Shown: piece after piece, positions 1 through 11,293 of the stretch
Layout: every line of letters starts with the position of its first letter
Position numbering within the stretch: the first letter of the stretch is position 1
Translations under genes and position numbers: made by a program
The notes under the pieces: model-generated
What the model was told of the DNA's origin: nothing
Database searches by the model: none
What the model saw: the letters and a program-made list of their open reading frames with translations, nothing else
NCBI GenBank assembly: GCA_947624675.1
Contig: CANQLI010000007.1
Location: 3,090-67,089 of the forward strand
DNA length: 64,000 nucleotides
From: an uncultured Clostridia bacterium
Lineage (GTDB): Bacteria > Bacillota > Clostridia > Oscillospirales > Ruminococcaceae
Direction of reading: 5' to 3'

Positions 1-235
1 CTTAAAACTTCAAATAATAGTGTTTAGACTTACGATCTGTCCGATTATTCTTACTTAAGAATTTTTTAAAAAGCGGTTGGTATCATTAACTTTTTCTAAA
101 AACCGGTAACCGATATATAAATTGATATTATCTATTTTAGAAAAAGTTTAAAAAGCAGTAGATTTTTCTTTGAAAGTTTTGTATAATTGTATTATGTTAT
201 AATGTTAACAACAAAAGTATATCGGAGGGAAGATT

Positions 236-1507
236 TTGAGAAAATATACAAACAAACGCTATAATACGATAGCCGCGTATGTTCTGGCTGTGATCGCAAT
301 ATCAATGCTTATGGTCATATGTATTTTCAAGTTTACTGCTATCTGGTCTATCATATCAAAAGCCATAAGCGTTATGTCACCTGTTATATGGGGCTTTGCT
401 ATCGCATTTATATTAAACCCGGTGATGAAGTTTTCGGATAAATTCATATCGACAAAGGTCTTTAAAAAAAGATCCCGACCCCGTATCACAAGGGCAATAT
501 CGGTCTCTTTTGTGCTTTTGATATTACTTGTATTTATCTGTGGAACTATTGCGCTTATACTTCCGAGCCTTTTCTCATCGTTATACGAGATATTTAAAAG
601 CGCCCCCGAATATATAAACAGGATACAGGAGTTTTTAAATGACGCTTTTAAAGACAATAAGGAGATACTGAACGCATTAACCGACAAGCTGACGGAATTT
701 GCTCAGGACACATCCGCACTCTGGGAGCGTGTTGAGCCTGTGCTTACAAATCTTATGTCAAGCATCTGGTCGGTGGTGACATTCTTAAAAAATTTCCTTC
801 TCGGAATAATCATTTCCGTGTATCTGCTGTACAGCAAGGAAAAGCTTATTGCACAGTGTAAAAAAATACTGCTTGCCTTTTCAAAAAAGAGAAACTTCGA
901 CTCCGCAATTTCAATTTTAAACAGAGCAAACAAAACATTTTCCGGCTTTATTTCGGGAAAGATTTTAGACTCTCTTATAATAGGAGTTTTGTGCGGAATC
1001 ATTCTGGCGCTCTTTAAATTCCCTTACCCACTTATGATATCAGTCTTTATCGGAATCACAAATGTTATCCCGTTTTTCGGTCCGTTTATCGGAGCTATCC
1101 CTTCGGCAATTCTTATATTGCTTGTAGAACCCGGTATGGTTATCTGGTTTATTTTGGTAATAGTTCTGCTTCAGCAGTTTGACGGAAACATTTTAGGACC
1201 TAAGATACTTGGAGATTCAACAGGACTTCCTGCGATATGGGTGCTGGTGTCGATCCTTATAGGCGGCGGTCTGTTCGGCTTTATAGGAATGATCCTTTCC
1301 GTTCCGGCGTTCGCTCTAATATATGATATTTTCAGAGTCTACATCTCCAACAAGCTTAGGAAGAAGCACCTCCCGACCGACACAGAATATTATAAGAACC
1401 GGCTTGATACAGTAGTAAAAAAGACCGAACCTATAAAAATACTGTCAAAATCGGATCTTGATAAAATCAAAATCCCTCCGGCAGACGAGGTCAATCAGGC
1501 AAAATAA
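236..1507 (+). CDS. AI-2E family transporter (PerM/UPF0118-like permease)
   Basis: 423-aa polytopic membrane ORF. TTG start lies just after GGAGGGA. Conserved core ITNVIPFFGPFIGAIPSAILILL is typical of AI-2E permeases. Confidence 0.8.
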   Translation: MRKYTNKRYNTIAAYVLAVIAISMLMVICIFKFTAIWSIISKAISVMSPVIWGFAIAFILNPVMKFSDKFISTKVFKKRSRPRITRAISVSFVLLILLVFICGTIALILPSLFSSLYEIFKSAPEYINRIQEFLNDAFKDNKEILNALTDKLTEFAQDTSALWERVEPVLTNLMSSIWSVVTFLKNFLLGIIISVYLLYSKEKLIAQCKKILLAFSKKRNFDSAISILNRANKTFSGFISGKILDSLIIGVLCGIILALFKFPYPLMISVFIGITNVIPFFGPFIGAIPSAILILLVEPGMVIWFILVIVLLQQFDGNILGPKILGDSTGLPAIWVLVSILIGGGLFGFIGMILSVPAFALIYDIFRVYISNKLRKKHLPTDTEYYKNRLDTVVKKTEPIKILSKSDLDKIKIPPADEVNQAK

Positions 1508-1542
1508 CAAGCATTTATCACTATACATCTTACAATAAAACA

Positions 1543-1569
1543 GCCGCTGCGTAGCTTTTACACAGCGGC
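1543..1569. terminator. Bidirectional intrinsic terminator between the permease gene and the clpC-like gene
   Basis: Stem GCCGCTG/CAGCGGC with T-rich flanks on both strands, between two convergent genes. Confidence 0.55.
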
Positions 1570-1578
1570 GTTTAACTT

Positions 1579-3894
1579 TTATGCACTGGCAGTTACCTTT
1601 AACTCGTTGTTGTCAGCGGTAAGGCTTATCTTTTTAGTTTCTATCTTCATCTCATCTATAAGAATGGAAGCTATTTTATCCTCGACCTCCTGACGGATAA
1701 CTCTTCGTATATCTCTTGCTCCAAGCTTTTTATTGTGAGCTTTCTTAGCTATATACTCACAAGCAGCTCTGTCATACTCAAGCTCTATTCCCTTTTCTCC
1801 GAGCGGATCCTTCATTTCATCAAGCATAAGAGCACAGATGTCCGCGTAATTTTCTTCGGTAAGCGGATTAAAAACAACTACCTCGTCTACTCGTCCCAGA
1901 AACTCAGGGCGGAGAAAATCTCTGAGTCCCTTCATAGCTTTTTCCTTTGATATCTCGTTGTCGGTCTTATTAAAGCCGACGCCTGTTTCCTGAGAAGTGC
2001 TGCCTGCGTTAGAGGTCATAACGATAACGGTATTTTCAAAAGACACGCTTCTGCCCTGCGCATCGGTTATCTTTCCCTCGTCTAATATCTGAAGAAGAAC
2101 ATTCATAACATCTGGATGTGCCTTTTCTATCTCGTCAAAAAGTATTACGGAATACGGGCGGCGGCGAACCTTTTCAGTTAGCTGTCCCGCCTCGTCATAT
2201 CCGACATATCCCGGAGGGGAACCGATAAGCTTTGCAACACTGTGACGCTCCATATATTCGCTCATATCGACTCTTATAAGCGGCTCGGTCGCATCAAAAA
2301 GCTCCTCACCCAGGACCTTTACAAGCTCGGTCTTACCCACTCCCGTAGGCCCTACAAATATAAATGACGCAGGTCTGCGGCGTTTTGAAAGTCCGGCTCT
2401 GGTTCTCTTTACCGCCTTTGCTACGGCATCAACAGCCTTATCCTGTCCAATTACTCTGGCGCTGAGTGCCTGCTTGAGATTTCTTATTTTAGAATACTCG
2501 GTTTCTATCACCTTTTGTGCAGGTATTCCCGTCCAGAGTTCAATAACGCTCGACAAGTCCTCTTCGGTTACCCTGACATCGGCTGCCTTTTTTGAAACCT
2601 CCTCGAGTTCTTTTTCGATTTTTAATATTTCAGCTTTTTCCTTAGCGATCGCTTCATAATCCGGATTTTCCATAGACTCATACCCGTCTACTGCCTCATT
2701 ACGGCTCTTCAGTTCATCTGTAAGAGCTTCAAATCTCTCAAGCTCAGGGCTTCTAATTCCGGTTCTTGCACAAGCCTCGTCAAGAAGGTCTATCGCCTTG
2801 TCGGGAAGATACCTGTCGTTTATATACCTCTCGGACAATATCGCGCACATACGAAGCGTCGCATCGTCGATTTTTACCTTGTGATAATCTTCATAATATT
2901 TTCTTATGCCCTCTAAAACCTTTATAGTGTCCGCTAGAGTAGGCTCGGCAACAGTCACAGGCTGAAAGCGCCTTTCGAGAGCTGCGTCCTTTTCTATATA
3001 CTTTCTGTACTCCTTAAAGGTTGTCGCACCGATGACCTGTACCTCACCCCTTGAAAGCGCAGGCTTCAAAATATTTGCGGCGTTCATAGAGCCTTCCGCC
3101 GTATCGCCTGCTCCGACAAGGTTGTGTACCTCATCTATAAACAGGATGACATTTTTTAGGCTTATCACCTCTTCGACAAGACCCTTTACCCTGCTTTCAA
3201 ACTGACCCCTGAACTGTGTTCCTGCAACCATAGCGGTGAGGTCAAGAAGATAGATCTCTTTATTTTTAAGGTGAAACGGAACATCTCCGGAAGCAATTTT
3301 TAAAGCTATACCCTCAGCTATCGCGGTTTTTCCAACACCCGGCTCTCCGATAAGACAGGGATTGTTTTTCTGACGCCTTGAAAGTATCTGAATTACTCGG
3401 TTGATTTCCTTTTCTCTTCCGATTATATTATCGAGCTTTCCGTTCTTCGCGCGCTCAGTAAGGTTGGTCGCGTAATTCTCCAAAAATTTAAGCTTTCTTT
3501 TTTTATCCTTTTTATCCTTACCGAAAAGTCCTTTTTTCTTTTCTTTTGTCTGATCGGCTTCATTAGAGCCGCTGTCCGAAACAGACCCATCAGACGCAAA
3601 ACCTGATTTCTCGTCCGACTGAAATCTTCCCAGCATATTTGAGAAAAATTCAGGCATAGTGGAGTTTCCTCCCAGTTCAAAATCATTTCCGTCATTTATC
3701 TCCATTATCTGATCGGACAAAGCTTCGAGGTCCTCATCTGTTATACCCATAGATTTCATATATTCGTCGACCTGAGAGATGCCGAGTTTTTTTGCACACA
3801 CAAGACATAACCCTTCGTTTTTCTTTTCGTGTCCGTTCATTGCCGTTATAAACACGACAGCCGGACGCTTTTTGCATCTGGTACACATCATCAT
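1579..3894 (-). CDS. clpC: ClpC-like class III AAA+ Clp ATPase with an N-terminal C4 zinc ribbon instead of Clp_N repeats
   Basis: 771 aa. Two AAA+ modules ([20 protein letters not shown]), a coiled-coil middle domain and a VGF ClpP-docking tripeptide. The N-terminus reads CTRC...CLVC followed by an acidic/Lys-rich linker. Confidence 0.88.
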   Translation of the reverse strand: MMMCTRCKKRPAVVFITAMNGHEKKNEGLCLVCAKKLGISQVDEYMKSMGITDEDLEALSDQIMEINDGNDFELGGNSTMPEFFSNMLGRFQSDEKSGFASDGSVSDSGSNEADQTKEKKKGLFGKDKKDKKRKLKFLENYATNLTERAKNGKLDNIIGREKEINRVIQILSRRQKNNPCLIGEPGVGKTAIAEGIALKIASGDVPFHLKNKEIYLLDLTAMVAGTQFRGQFESRVKGLVEEVISLKNVILFIDEVHNLVGAGDTAEGSMNAANILKPALSRGEVQVIGATTFKEYRKYIEKDAALERRFQPVTVAEPTLADTIKVLEGIRKYYEDYHKVKIDDATLRMCAILSERYINDRYLPDKAIDLLDEACARTGIRSPELERFEALTDELKSRNEAVDGYESMENPDYEAIAKEKAEILKIEKELEEVSKKAADVRVTEEDLSSVIELWTGIPAQKVIETEYSKIRNLKQALSARVIGQDKAVDAVAKAVKRTRAGLSKRRRPASFIFVGPTGVGKTELVKVLGEELFDATEPLIRVDMSEYMERHSVAKLIGSPPGYVGYDEAGQLTEKVRRRPYSVILFDEIEKAHPDVMNVLLQILDEGKITDAQGRSVSFENTVIVMTSNAGSTSQETGVGFNKTDNEISKEKAMKGLRDFLRPEFLGRVDEVVVFNPLTEENYADICALMLDEMKDPLGEKGIELEYDRAACEYIAKKAHNKKLGARDIRRVIRQEVEDKIASILIDEMKIETKKISLTADNNELKVTASA

Positions 3895-3921
3895 TTTTCA
3901 CCACTGTCCCTTCATAAATTT

Positions 3922-4794
3922 CTATTTCACCAAATCATAAAAATACTTAAACACCAATGAATTTTCAATAGTTGATTCCGAAAGTGCGGAATATTGAGAG
4001 GAGAGTAAAGCTGACAGCGCCGAAACTATTATCGCTATTATAATAAGCGCAACCGAACCCTTTATTATTCCCAAAGCTCCTCCGAGAGCCCTGTTCACTC
4101 CTCCGGCAACAGGTATCTTGTTTAAAATTCCCGTTGCTGCTATTATAAGCTTTAAAACAAAGCTTAATACCAAAAACATAAGCAAAAAAATAACATACTT
4201 CAAAAGCAATATGATCAGTTCGTTTACAAAAGCTTCCTCTATTGCGTCAGCCGCCTTTGCGTCGTCCGGATTTACACAAGCCTGAAGGACTTTAGCTACC
4301 GTTTCCGAAGAGCTTTGAGCTGCGCTGAAAACCGCTGATGCAAGAGATGACGGAAGCGCTGATTCTATTGCATTTTTAAGACTATCCGAGCTTAGAAAGC
4401 TTTCTACATTATCTGAAACGCTCTGCTTATCAAGATCAACGCCCTTTGCCTTTGCATAAGCTTCAATGTTGCTTTTAATATCACCATCTGTGCCGATTAT
4501 ACTCTTTACCGTTTTCTCGTCTGCGGTTATGCCGACATTTTTCAACAGATAGTTGTTCACTATATCGGAAACATCCACCTTGCTGATATTGTCTTCAATA
4601 AATGCGGTGACCCGTTCCTTAAAGCACATCTCATAGATTGGCTCTGCGAGCTTTGAAGACGCAAAAAGCGAAACCACCAACGCTACGACAAAGCAAATAA
4701 GTGATAAAATGCTTTTAACGAACCCCTTTTTCACACCGAATACAAAGAAAACAAGAAGTACCAAAACCACCGCTAAATCATAAAGTAAAGCCAT
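3922..4794 (-). CDS. cvpA: CvpA family membrane protein
   Basis: 290 aa. TM helices at both ends, a CvpA-like N-terminus (MALLYDLAVVLVLLVFFVFGVKKG) and an AGGAGG RBS. Confidence 0.7.
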   Translation of the reverse strand: MALLYDLAVVLVLLVFFVFGVKKGFVKSILSLICFVVALVVSLFASSKLAEPIYEMCFKERVTAFIEDNISKVDVSDIVNNYLLKNVGITADEKTVKSIIGTDGDIKSNIEAYAKAKGVDLDKQSVSDNVESFLSSDSLKNAIESALPSSLASAVFSAAQSSSETVAKVLQACVNPDDAKAADAIEEAFVNELIILLLKYVIFLLMFLVLSFVLKLIIAATGILNKIPVAGGVNRALGGALGIIKGSVALIIIAIIVSALSALLSSQYSALSESTIENSLVFKYFYDLVK

Positions 4795-4802
4795 TTTTCC
4801 TC

Positions 4803-5987
4803 CTAATAGCTATATTCTATCTTATTTATCTCCCTGTACCCTAAGAACAAAACCTCATCGTCAATACTTATGAAATCAACATATTCGCTGCTTACCTTTG
4901 CTGTCGCAAGCTTTTTTCCCGAAAAAGAGAACATCTCAATACTGTCGTCCGTAAGCACATATGTGTTTTTCGTATCACACCTTAAGGACTTGACTCTTTT
5001 GTCAATATCCATCTGTATCTCATCGCTGTCACTTCTGATTATAATCAGCTTTGAGTCATTATCACTGCTTATTCCCTCGACAGCTATTGAAACCACCTCT
5101 TCGGTAGCGTCAAAATCTATAATATCAGATTTATACTGAGCGCTGCTCTTGACCTTACCGTTTTTGTCGAGCCTGACAAATCTGTCGTCACAGACAGCAA
5201 CCAGATCGCCGTCAGACAGTCTTACAGTCTTTATAATCGCAGTATTCTGAATATCATCGCTTCTGAACTCGACCTTGTCGGAATCAAAATCAAGCGAGTA
5301 AATGCCTGATACCATACTTCCGCCCTTTATCTCAAAAGCTGAAACATAACATCCGAATCCGCTTGGTTTAAAATCTACCGATGTAAATCTTGTGCCGTTT
5401 GCAAAGCGGTATATTACCTCTCCGTCCTTGTTGTAAACGGTCAGATACGAGGGAAATCCCTCAGCCGTTGTAACTACTGCGATGCTGTCGTTTGAAGCTA
5501 TTTGTGCAAAATATATTTCCTCGTCAAGCTCACGCTCAAATATAACTTCCTTTTCATTCATAACACATATCCGGTTTCCTGCTCTGTCATAAACCAAGAG
5601 CCTGTCATCGCCGATTTTTACGACCGGATCAGAAAGCTTGTGCTGGATAGAATTTATATGCTCTCCGTTTGACTTATAAAAATTTATATATGTGTCTGTT
5701 GCGAGTATAAAATCGTCATCAAATCTGAGAAGCTTTGCGCCGGTCGCCGCCTCGCCCACGGAGATAGGAAAGTTTCCCTTTTCAAGCTCGCCGTCATTTA
5801 CCGTAACCGTCTGAGCCCTGTCGAGTATTCCCTCAAACCAAGGAACCCACAGATTCCTAGTAAAAAACGCTGCGGCGGCTGCCGCCACGATACACAAAAC
5901 TATTGCAAAACGGCGAAGAAATCTCTTTATTTTTTTCTTTTTCCGCTCTCTGCGGATATCAGTCTGAAACGACTTAACCTTTGCCAT
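4803..5987 (-). CDS. Membrane-anchored hypothetical protein (DUF5711-like by recollection)
   Basis: 394 aa. Basic N-terminus, one TM helix (FAIVLCIVAAAAAAFF), then a beta-rich ectodomain of about 330 aa. Coding is confident; function is unknown. Confidence 0.6.
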   Translation of the reverse strand: MAKVKSFQTDIRRERKKKKIKRFLRRFAIVLCIVAAAAAAFFTRNLWVPWFEGILDRAQTVTVNDGELEKGNFPISVGEAATGAKLLRFDDDFILATDTYINFYKSNGEHINSIQHKLSDPVVKIGDDRLLVYDRAGNRICVMNEKEVIFERELDEEIYFAQIASNDSIAVVTTAEGFPSYLTVYNKDGEVIYRFANGTRFTSVDFKPSGFGCYVSAFEIKGGSMVSGIYSLDFDSDKVEFRSDDIQNTAIIKTVRLSDGDLVAVCDDRFVRLDKNGKVKSSAQYKSDIIDFDATEEVVSIAVEGISSDNDSKLIIIRSDSDEIQMDIDKRVKSLRCDTKNTYVLTDDSIEMFSFSGKKLATAKVSSEYVDFISIDDEVLFLGYREINKIEYSY

Positions 5988-6017
5988 CTTTTGTCCTTTC
6001 CGATACAGTCAAAATGG

Positions 6018-6755
6018 TCAGTAAAAAACTTTGTTTAAATAAAGTCCCTGCGGTGCGACTGTTTTTCCCGCCTTTGTTCTGTCCTTAGCATTTATAATGT
6101 CTGTGATACCGTCTTCCGGTATCTTTCCCTCATTGATAAACAAGAGCGTTCCGACCATTATTCTTACCATATTATAAAGAAACCCGTTTCCAGAAACATA
6201 AAACTTAACAAGATCTCCCTCTCTTACGACACGGGCATCAAAAATAGTTCTGACTGTTATCTGCTTGTCACAGGCAGTAGAGCAAAAGCTTTTAAAATCG
6301 TGTTCGCCTATAAACGCCTTTGCTGCCAGATCAAGCTTTTTTTCATCTATCGGCACCCAGTATTTCAGTGCCGTATTTTTATAAAAAGGATTTTTTATCT
6401 CGCTGTTGTGAATAATATATTCATACTCTTTTCCCTTTGCGTCAAACCTTGCGTGAAAATCAAGGGGCGCTTCTTCAGCAGACAAAACCGAAATATCATC
6501 AGGGAGCTTCGGATTGAGCCCGAAAACAATCCCCCTAAGAGTAATAGGGCTCTGGGATTTAAATGAAAAATAAAACTCTCTTGCGTGAACTCCCTTATCG
6601 GTTCTCGAACAGCCGTCGATAGTTATTTTCTCACCGAATAGCTCATATAAAGCGTCCTCTATCTTTTCCTGAACGGTAACGGCATTTTCCTGACGCTGAA
6701 AGCCGTGATAGCACGAGCCGTCGTAAGCTATTTTGACCTTAAAATTTCTCATCAA
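6018..6755 (-). CDS. truA: tRNA pseudouridine(38-40) synthase TruA
   Basis: 245 aa. Motifs YDGSCYHGFQRQ and RTDKGVHA (catalytic Asp). Overlaps ecfT by 4 nt. Confidence 0.92.
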   Translation of the reverse strand: MMRNFKVKIAYDGSCYHGFQRQENAVTVQEKIEDALYELFGEKITIDGCSRTDKGVHAREFYFSFKSQSPITLRGIVFGLNPKLPDDISVLSAEEAPLDFHARFDAKGKEYEYIIHNSEIKNPFYKNTALKYWVPIDEKKLDLAAKAFIGEHDFKSFCSTACDKQITVRTIFDARVVREGDLVKFYVSGNGFLYNMVRIMVGTLLFINEGKIPEDGITDIINAKDRTKAGKTVAPQGLYLNKVFY

Positions 6756-7561
6756 AATATGTTCACCCTGTCAATAATCACAACAAGTACAACAAATGCA
6801 ATACTTATTATCACCGCATAAAGATCTCTCGGTGAATAGTGAAGCTGTTTTAATCTTGTTCTTCCCTCTCCGCCGTGATATAAACGACATTCCATCGCCA
6901 TAGCAAGCTCCTCGGCTCGCCTGAAGGCAGAAACAAAAAGCGGTATCAGTATCGGGATAAGGGCCTTAGCCCTTTTTATAAGCGAGCCGGATTCCATATC
7001 TGCTCCTCTTGCCTTTTGTGCCATAGTTATCTTATCTGTCTCCTCAACAAGCGTCGGTATAAATCTAAGCGCTATCGTCATCATCATAGCTACCTCGTGA
7101 ACGGGAAGCTTTATTTTTTTTAGCGGAGAAAGCACCCTTTCTATCGCATCGGTGAGTGCGATAGGAGAAGTCGTGTATGTCAAAAGTGAGGTTCCTATTA
7201 TAAGGGCTATTATCCTCACTATCATAAACACAGCCGTTTTAATACTGCCAGTAGTTATTCTAAATATCCAGAACTTAAACAGTGTCTCGCCTGTTGAGAT
7301 AAAAAACAGATTCAGTATTCCCGTAAATATAATAAGCGGAATAATTGGCTTTACACTTTTTAAAATCATTTTAAACGGGATCTTCGAGATCATATATGCC
7401 GCTGTCAAAAATACGATCCCTGTTAAAAGACCAAGAAAAGTGTCCGCTATAAACAGCATTATTATATATACTACCGTAAGTAAAAGCTTTATTCTCGGGT
7501 CGAGATTGTGAACTATACTCTGACCCGGGAAAAACTGTCCTATCGTTATATCCTTAATCAT
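6752..7561 (-). CDS. ecfT: Energy-coupling factor transporter transmembrane component EcfT
   Basis: 269-aa CbiQ/EcfT-type membrane protein with the ARGAD coupling motif, in the same array as the two ECF ATPases. Confidence 0.9.
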   Translation of the reverse strand: MIKDITIGQFFPGQSIVHNLDPRIKLLLTVVYIIMLFIADTFLGLLTGIVFLTAAYMISKIPFKMILKSVKPIIPLIIFTGILNLFFISTGETLFKFWIFRITTGSIKTAVFMIVRIIALIIGTSLLTYTTSPIALTDAIERVLSPLKKIKLPVHEVAMMMTIALRFIPTLVEETDKITMAQKARGADMESGSLIKRAKALIPILIPLFVSAFRRAEELAMAMECRLYHGGEGRTRLKQLHYSPRDLYAVIISIAFVVLVVIIDRVNIF

Positions 7562-7591
7562 TTGTTAATGCCTTTCATACTAAAGAGAAAA

Positions 7592-8632
7592 TCAAAGCAT
7601 TGTCTGACCGTCTCTTAAAATACCGAGATGCTTATACGCCAGATCGGTCGCAACTCTTCCTCTCGGAGTTCTTGAAATAAATCCTAGCTGCATAAGATAC
7701 GGCTCACAAACATCTTCAAGTGTAACAGCCTCCTCGCCGATTGCTGACGCAAGCGTCTCAAGACCGACCGGTCCGCCGTTATAGCCGTTTATCATCATCT
7801 TCAGAAATCTTTTGTCAAGAGCGTCAAGTCCCAACGGATCGACCTCCATTCTGTCAAGAGCAACAGTTACTATGTCCTTAGTTATCCTTCCGTCTCCCAT
7901 AACCTCGGCAAAATCTCTTACTCTTCTCAAAAACCTGTTAGCTATTCTCGGTGTTCCCCTGCTTCTTGAAGCAAGCTCATATGCTCCCTCTTTATCACAA
8001 GCTATTCCGAGGATAGACGCCGAACGCATAATAATGTCACAAAGCTCGTCCTTTGAATACAGCTCAAGGCGCTCTATAACACCAAAGCGATCTCTAAGCG
8101 GAGATGTCAGCTGTCCGGCTCTGGTCGTAGCTCCCACAAGAGTAAATCTGTTTAGGTCAAGCCTTATGCTTCTCGCACTCGGTCCTTTTCCTATTATTAT
8201 ATCAAGCGCAAAATCCTCAAGTGCGGGATATAATATCTCCTCTATTGCTCTTGAGAGGCGGTGTATCTCATCGATGAAGAGTACATCTCCCTCCTGAAGA
8301 TTTGTCAAAAGCGCCGCTAAGTCTCCCGGCTTCTCAATAGCAGGACCGCTCGTTACACGGAAGTTTACCCCCATCTCGTGGGCAATTATCCCAGAAAGTG
8401 TGGTTTTTCCAAGTCCCGGAGGTCCGTAAAGCAAAACATGGTCCAGCGGATCTCCTCTTTGCTTTGCCGCCTCGATAAAGATCGAAAGGTTTTCCTTAAC
8501 CTTTTCCTGACCTATATATTCCGTCAGCGATTTCGGTCTGAGAGAATAATCAATATCGTCGTTTTGCTCATCGTTTATCGCTTCCGGCGCAACAATTCTG
8601 TTTTCAAAATCCATATCCGATTTCTCGATCAT
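7592..8632 (-). CDS. ruvB: Holliday junction branch migration helicase RuvB
   Basis: 346 aa. Walker [10 protein letters not shown], Walker B DEIHRL, C-terminal winged-helix region. The start overlaps the ecfA2 stop (ATGA). Confidence 0.96.
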   Translation of the reverse strand: MIEKSDMDFENRIVAPEAINDEQNDDIDYSLRPKSLTEYIGQEKVKENLSIFIEAAKQRGDPLDHVLLYGPPGLGKTTLSGIIAHEMGVNFRVTSGPAIEKPGDLAALLTNLQEGDVLFIDEIHRLSRAIEEILYPALEDFALDIIIGKGPSARSIRLDLNRFTLVGATTRAGQLTSPLRDRFGVIERLELYSKDELCDIIMRSASILGIACDKEGAYELASRSRGTPRIANRFLRRVRDFAEVMGDGRITKDIVTVALDRMEVDPLGLDALDKRFLKMMINGYNGGPVGLETLASAIGEEAVTLEDVCEPYLMQLGFISRTPRGRVATDLAYKHLGILRDGQTML

Positions 8633-9489
8633 TTTTTCATCTCCATAACCTTTTCAACAAGCTTTCTTGCAAAATCGACCGTGTAGACATCGTCTTTAAT
8701 ATCTATACCCTTTTCCTTAAGCCTGTTAAAAACTCTTGTTATCTGAGGAACGGAAAGTCCCATTCCCCTGAGTTCATCGGCTCTCTCAAACACCTTCTCG
8801 GTGTCATCGTAACAAAAAAGCTTTCCGTCATTCATAACCAGAATCTTTTTTGCTATTTTCGCCACATCCTCCATAGAATGCGAAACAAGCATTACAGTGT
8901 TGTGCTTTTCCTTATGATACCGCTTTATCATTTCGAGTATCGTCTCCCGCCCTTTGGGGTCGAGCCCGGCAGTAGGCTCGTCAAGTATCAGGACCTTAGG
9001 CTCCATAGCCATAACTCCGGCGATAGCAACACGCCTTTTTTGTCCTCCCGACAGGTCAAAAGGAGATTTAAAAAGAATGTCCTCGTTTATGCCAACAAGA
9101 TATGCGGTTTCTTTTACCCGTCTGTCTATTTCCTTTTCATCAAGTCCCATATTCTTAGGTCCGAAAGAAATGTCCTTATAAACGGTGTCCTCAAAAAGCT
9201 GATACTCCGGATACTGAAATACAAGTCCGACCTTAAAGCGGATAGCCCTTAATGACTTTTTATCGTCCCAGTTTATTCTTTCCCCGTCAATATACACATT
9301 TCCCGAGGTTGGCTTTAAAAGGGCGTTAAAATGCTCGATAAGAGTTGACTTTCCTGAGCCGGTATGTCCTATTATACCTACAAGCTCGCCATCATCAACA
9401 GAGAGATCGACATTGTCGAGCGCTACCTTTCTGAAAGGAGTACCCTCTCCGTAGACATAGGTTAAGTTTTCCGTTTTGATAACTGCCAT
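8629..9489 (-). CDS. ecfA2: ECF transporter ATPase EcfA2
   Basis: 286-aa ABC ATPase with [17 protein letters not shown] and LILDEPT, plus an ECF-type C-terminal extension. Confidence 0.9.
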   Translation of the reverse strand: MAVIKTENLTYVYGEGTPFRKVALDNVDLSVDDGELVGIIGHTGSGKSTLIEHFNALLKPTSGNVYIDGERINWDDKKSLRAIRFKVGLVFQYPEYQLFEDTVYKDISFGPKNMGLDEKEIDRRVKETAYLVGINEDILFKSPFDLSGGQKRRVAIAGVMAMEPKVLILDEPTAGLDPKGRETILEMIKRYHKEKHNTVMLVSHSMEDVAKIAKKILVMNDGKLFCYDDTEKVFERADELRGMGLSVPQITRVFNRLKEKGIDIKDDVYTVDFARKLVEKVMEMKK

Positions 9490-9502
9490 TTTTATCTGAT
9501 CC

Positions 9503-10363
9503 TCATAAATTACTTTTTAAAAGCTCATAAAGTGCGTCAACACACTCGTCCTCTGTTATTATCTCTGGGTCAAGCCCGTAGCCGTCCTGATTAAGAGAAT
9601 AAACAAGCTCTGTGACCTGTGGGACATCAAGACCTATATCCTTTAGTTTTTTTACCCTTGAAAAAATCTTTTTTGGCTTATCAGACATAACGATTTTCCC
9701 GTTGTCCATAACTACTACTCTGTCCGCCTGAACAGCCTCATCCATATAATGAGTGATAAGAACAATTGTGACGCCGTTGTTTTTGTTTAACTCTTTTATT
9801 GTTTTTAAAACCTCTTGCCTTCCCTTAGGGTCGAGCATTGCCGTTGGCTCATCAAGCAAAATACACTCGGGACTCATAGCGAGAATACCTGCGATAGCCA
9901 CTCTTTGCTTCTGACCTCCCGAAAGCTTATGCGGAGCGTGGAGGCGGTACTTATACATTCCCACCGTCTTAAGAGCGTTATCGACACGCCTTCTTATCTC
10001 GCCCGGCTCAACTCCCATATTTTCAAGGGCAAATGCCACATCCTCCTCGACGACTGTCGCAACTATCTGATTGTCCGGATTTTGAAAAACCATTCCCACA
10101 GACTGACGAATGTCAAGGAGCTTTTCTGGGTCTTTTATGCTCATACCGTTTACAAGAACTTCTCCCGACTGCGGTATGTTTATAGCATTCATACACTTTG
10201 CAAGGGTTGATTTTCCCGAGCCGTTGTGACCTAATACAGCCACAAACTCGCCCTTGTATATATCAAGGGATAAGTTTTCAAACACCGTTGTTTTAACGGG
10301 CGGCTCTTCCATTTCATTGATATAAGAAAACGATATATTTTTAGCCTCAATAAATTTTTCCAT
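9503..10363 (-). CDS. ecfA1: ECF transporter ATPase EcfA1
   Basis: 286-aa ABC ATPase with [17 protein letters not shown] and ILLDEPT, directly upstream of ecfA2. Confidence 0.9.
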   Translation of the reverse strand: MEKFIEAKNISFSYINEMEEPPVKTTVFENLSLDIYKGEFVAVLGHNGSGKSTLAKCMNAINIPQSGEVLVNGMSIKDPEKLLDIRQSVGMVFQNPDNQIVATVVEEDVAFALENMGVEPGEIRRRVDNALKTVGMYKYRLHAPHKLSGGQKQRVAIAGILAMSPECILLDEPTAMLDPKGRQEVLKTIKELNKNNGVTIVLITHYMDEAVQADRVVVMDNGKIVMSDKPKKIFSRVKKLKDIGLDVPQVTELVYSLNQDGYGLDPEIITEDECVDALYELLKSNL

Positions 10364-10381
10364 TTTTCATCCTTAATTCCT

Positions 10382-11248
10382 TTAGTCCGCAGTCCAGATA
10401 GCTGTACTGCCGCAGGGAAGTGAAAATCCCGTGCTTTGTACCCGTAGTCCTATCTCATCAGCCGTGACCTTTCCTGAAAATCCCGGCTTAAGCACATCTC
10501 CCAAGATATACTTCATAACCGATGGTGAAAGCCCTGTTGTATAGCTGTTGAGCATAAAGCAAACAGGTGAATCGCACAAGACCTCCGAACAAAGCTTTAC
10601 GAGATCGTATATACACTCCTCAAGCTTCCATACTTCGCCGCTCGGACCTCTTCCGTAGCTCGGCGGGTCCATTACGACAATGTCGTATTTATTTCCGCGT
10701 CTTATCTCCCTTGACACAAACTTTTCACAGTCGTCAACAATCCACCTTACAGGCTTATCCGAAAGACCGCTTACTTTTGCGTTTTCCCGAGCCCACTGTA
10801 CCATTCCTTTGGAAGCGTCGATATGGGTCACCGACGCTCCCGCCGAAGCGCACGCAAGAGTTGCTCCACCGGTGTAAGCAAAGAGATTCAACACCTTTAC
10901 AGGACGCTTTACCGTCCTTATGACATTGCTTAAAAAGTCCCAGTTTACCGCCTGTTCCGGAAAAAGTCCGGTGTGTTTAAAGCCTGTCGGGCGTATTATA
11001 AACCTAAGCCCGCCGTATGAAATGATCCAGCTTTCCTTAAGCTTTTTACGGTATTCCCATTCACCGCCGCCCTTGCTTGAGCGGTGGTAGTGGGCGTCGG
11101 CGCTTTCCCAAAGCTCCTTTTGTCTGTCGGACTTCCATATTATCTGCGGATCAGGACGAATAAGCTTTACCCCGCCCCAGCTTTCCAGCTTTTCACCGCT
11201 GCTTGCGTCTAAAACTATATAATCCTTCCAATTATCGGCTGTTCTCAT
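10382..11248 (-). CDS. Class I SAM-dependent methyltransferase (RlmI/RlmK-like core, no PUA domain)
   Basis: 288 aa. Motif I FAYTGGATLA and motif IV VVMDPPSYGRG. The substrate cannot be read from the sequence. Confidence 0.72.
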   Translation of the reverse strand: MRTADNWKDYIVLDASSGEKLESWGGVKLIRPDPQIIWKSDRQKELWESADAHYHRSSKGGGEWEYRKKLKESWIISYGGLRFIIRPTGFKHTGLFPEQAVNWDFLSNVIRTVKRPVKVLNLFAYTGGATLACASAGASVTHIDASKGMVQWARENAKVSGLSDKPVRWIVDDCEKFVSREIRRGNKYDIVVMDPPSYGRGPSGEVWKLEECIYDLVKLCSEVLCDSPVCFMLNSYTTGLSPSVMKYILGDVLKPGFSGKVTADEIGLRVQSTGFSLPCGSTAIWTAD

Positions 11249-11293
11249 TTAGCTAATTTCCTCTGTGCTTACAAAAGCTTTATAAAATCAAAG

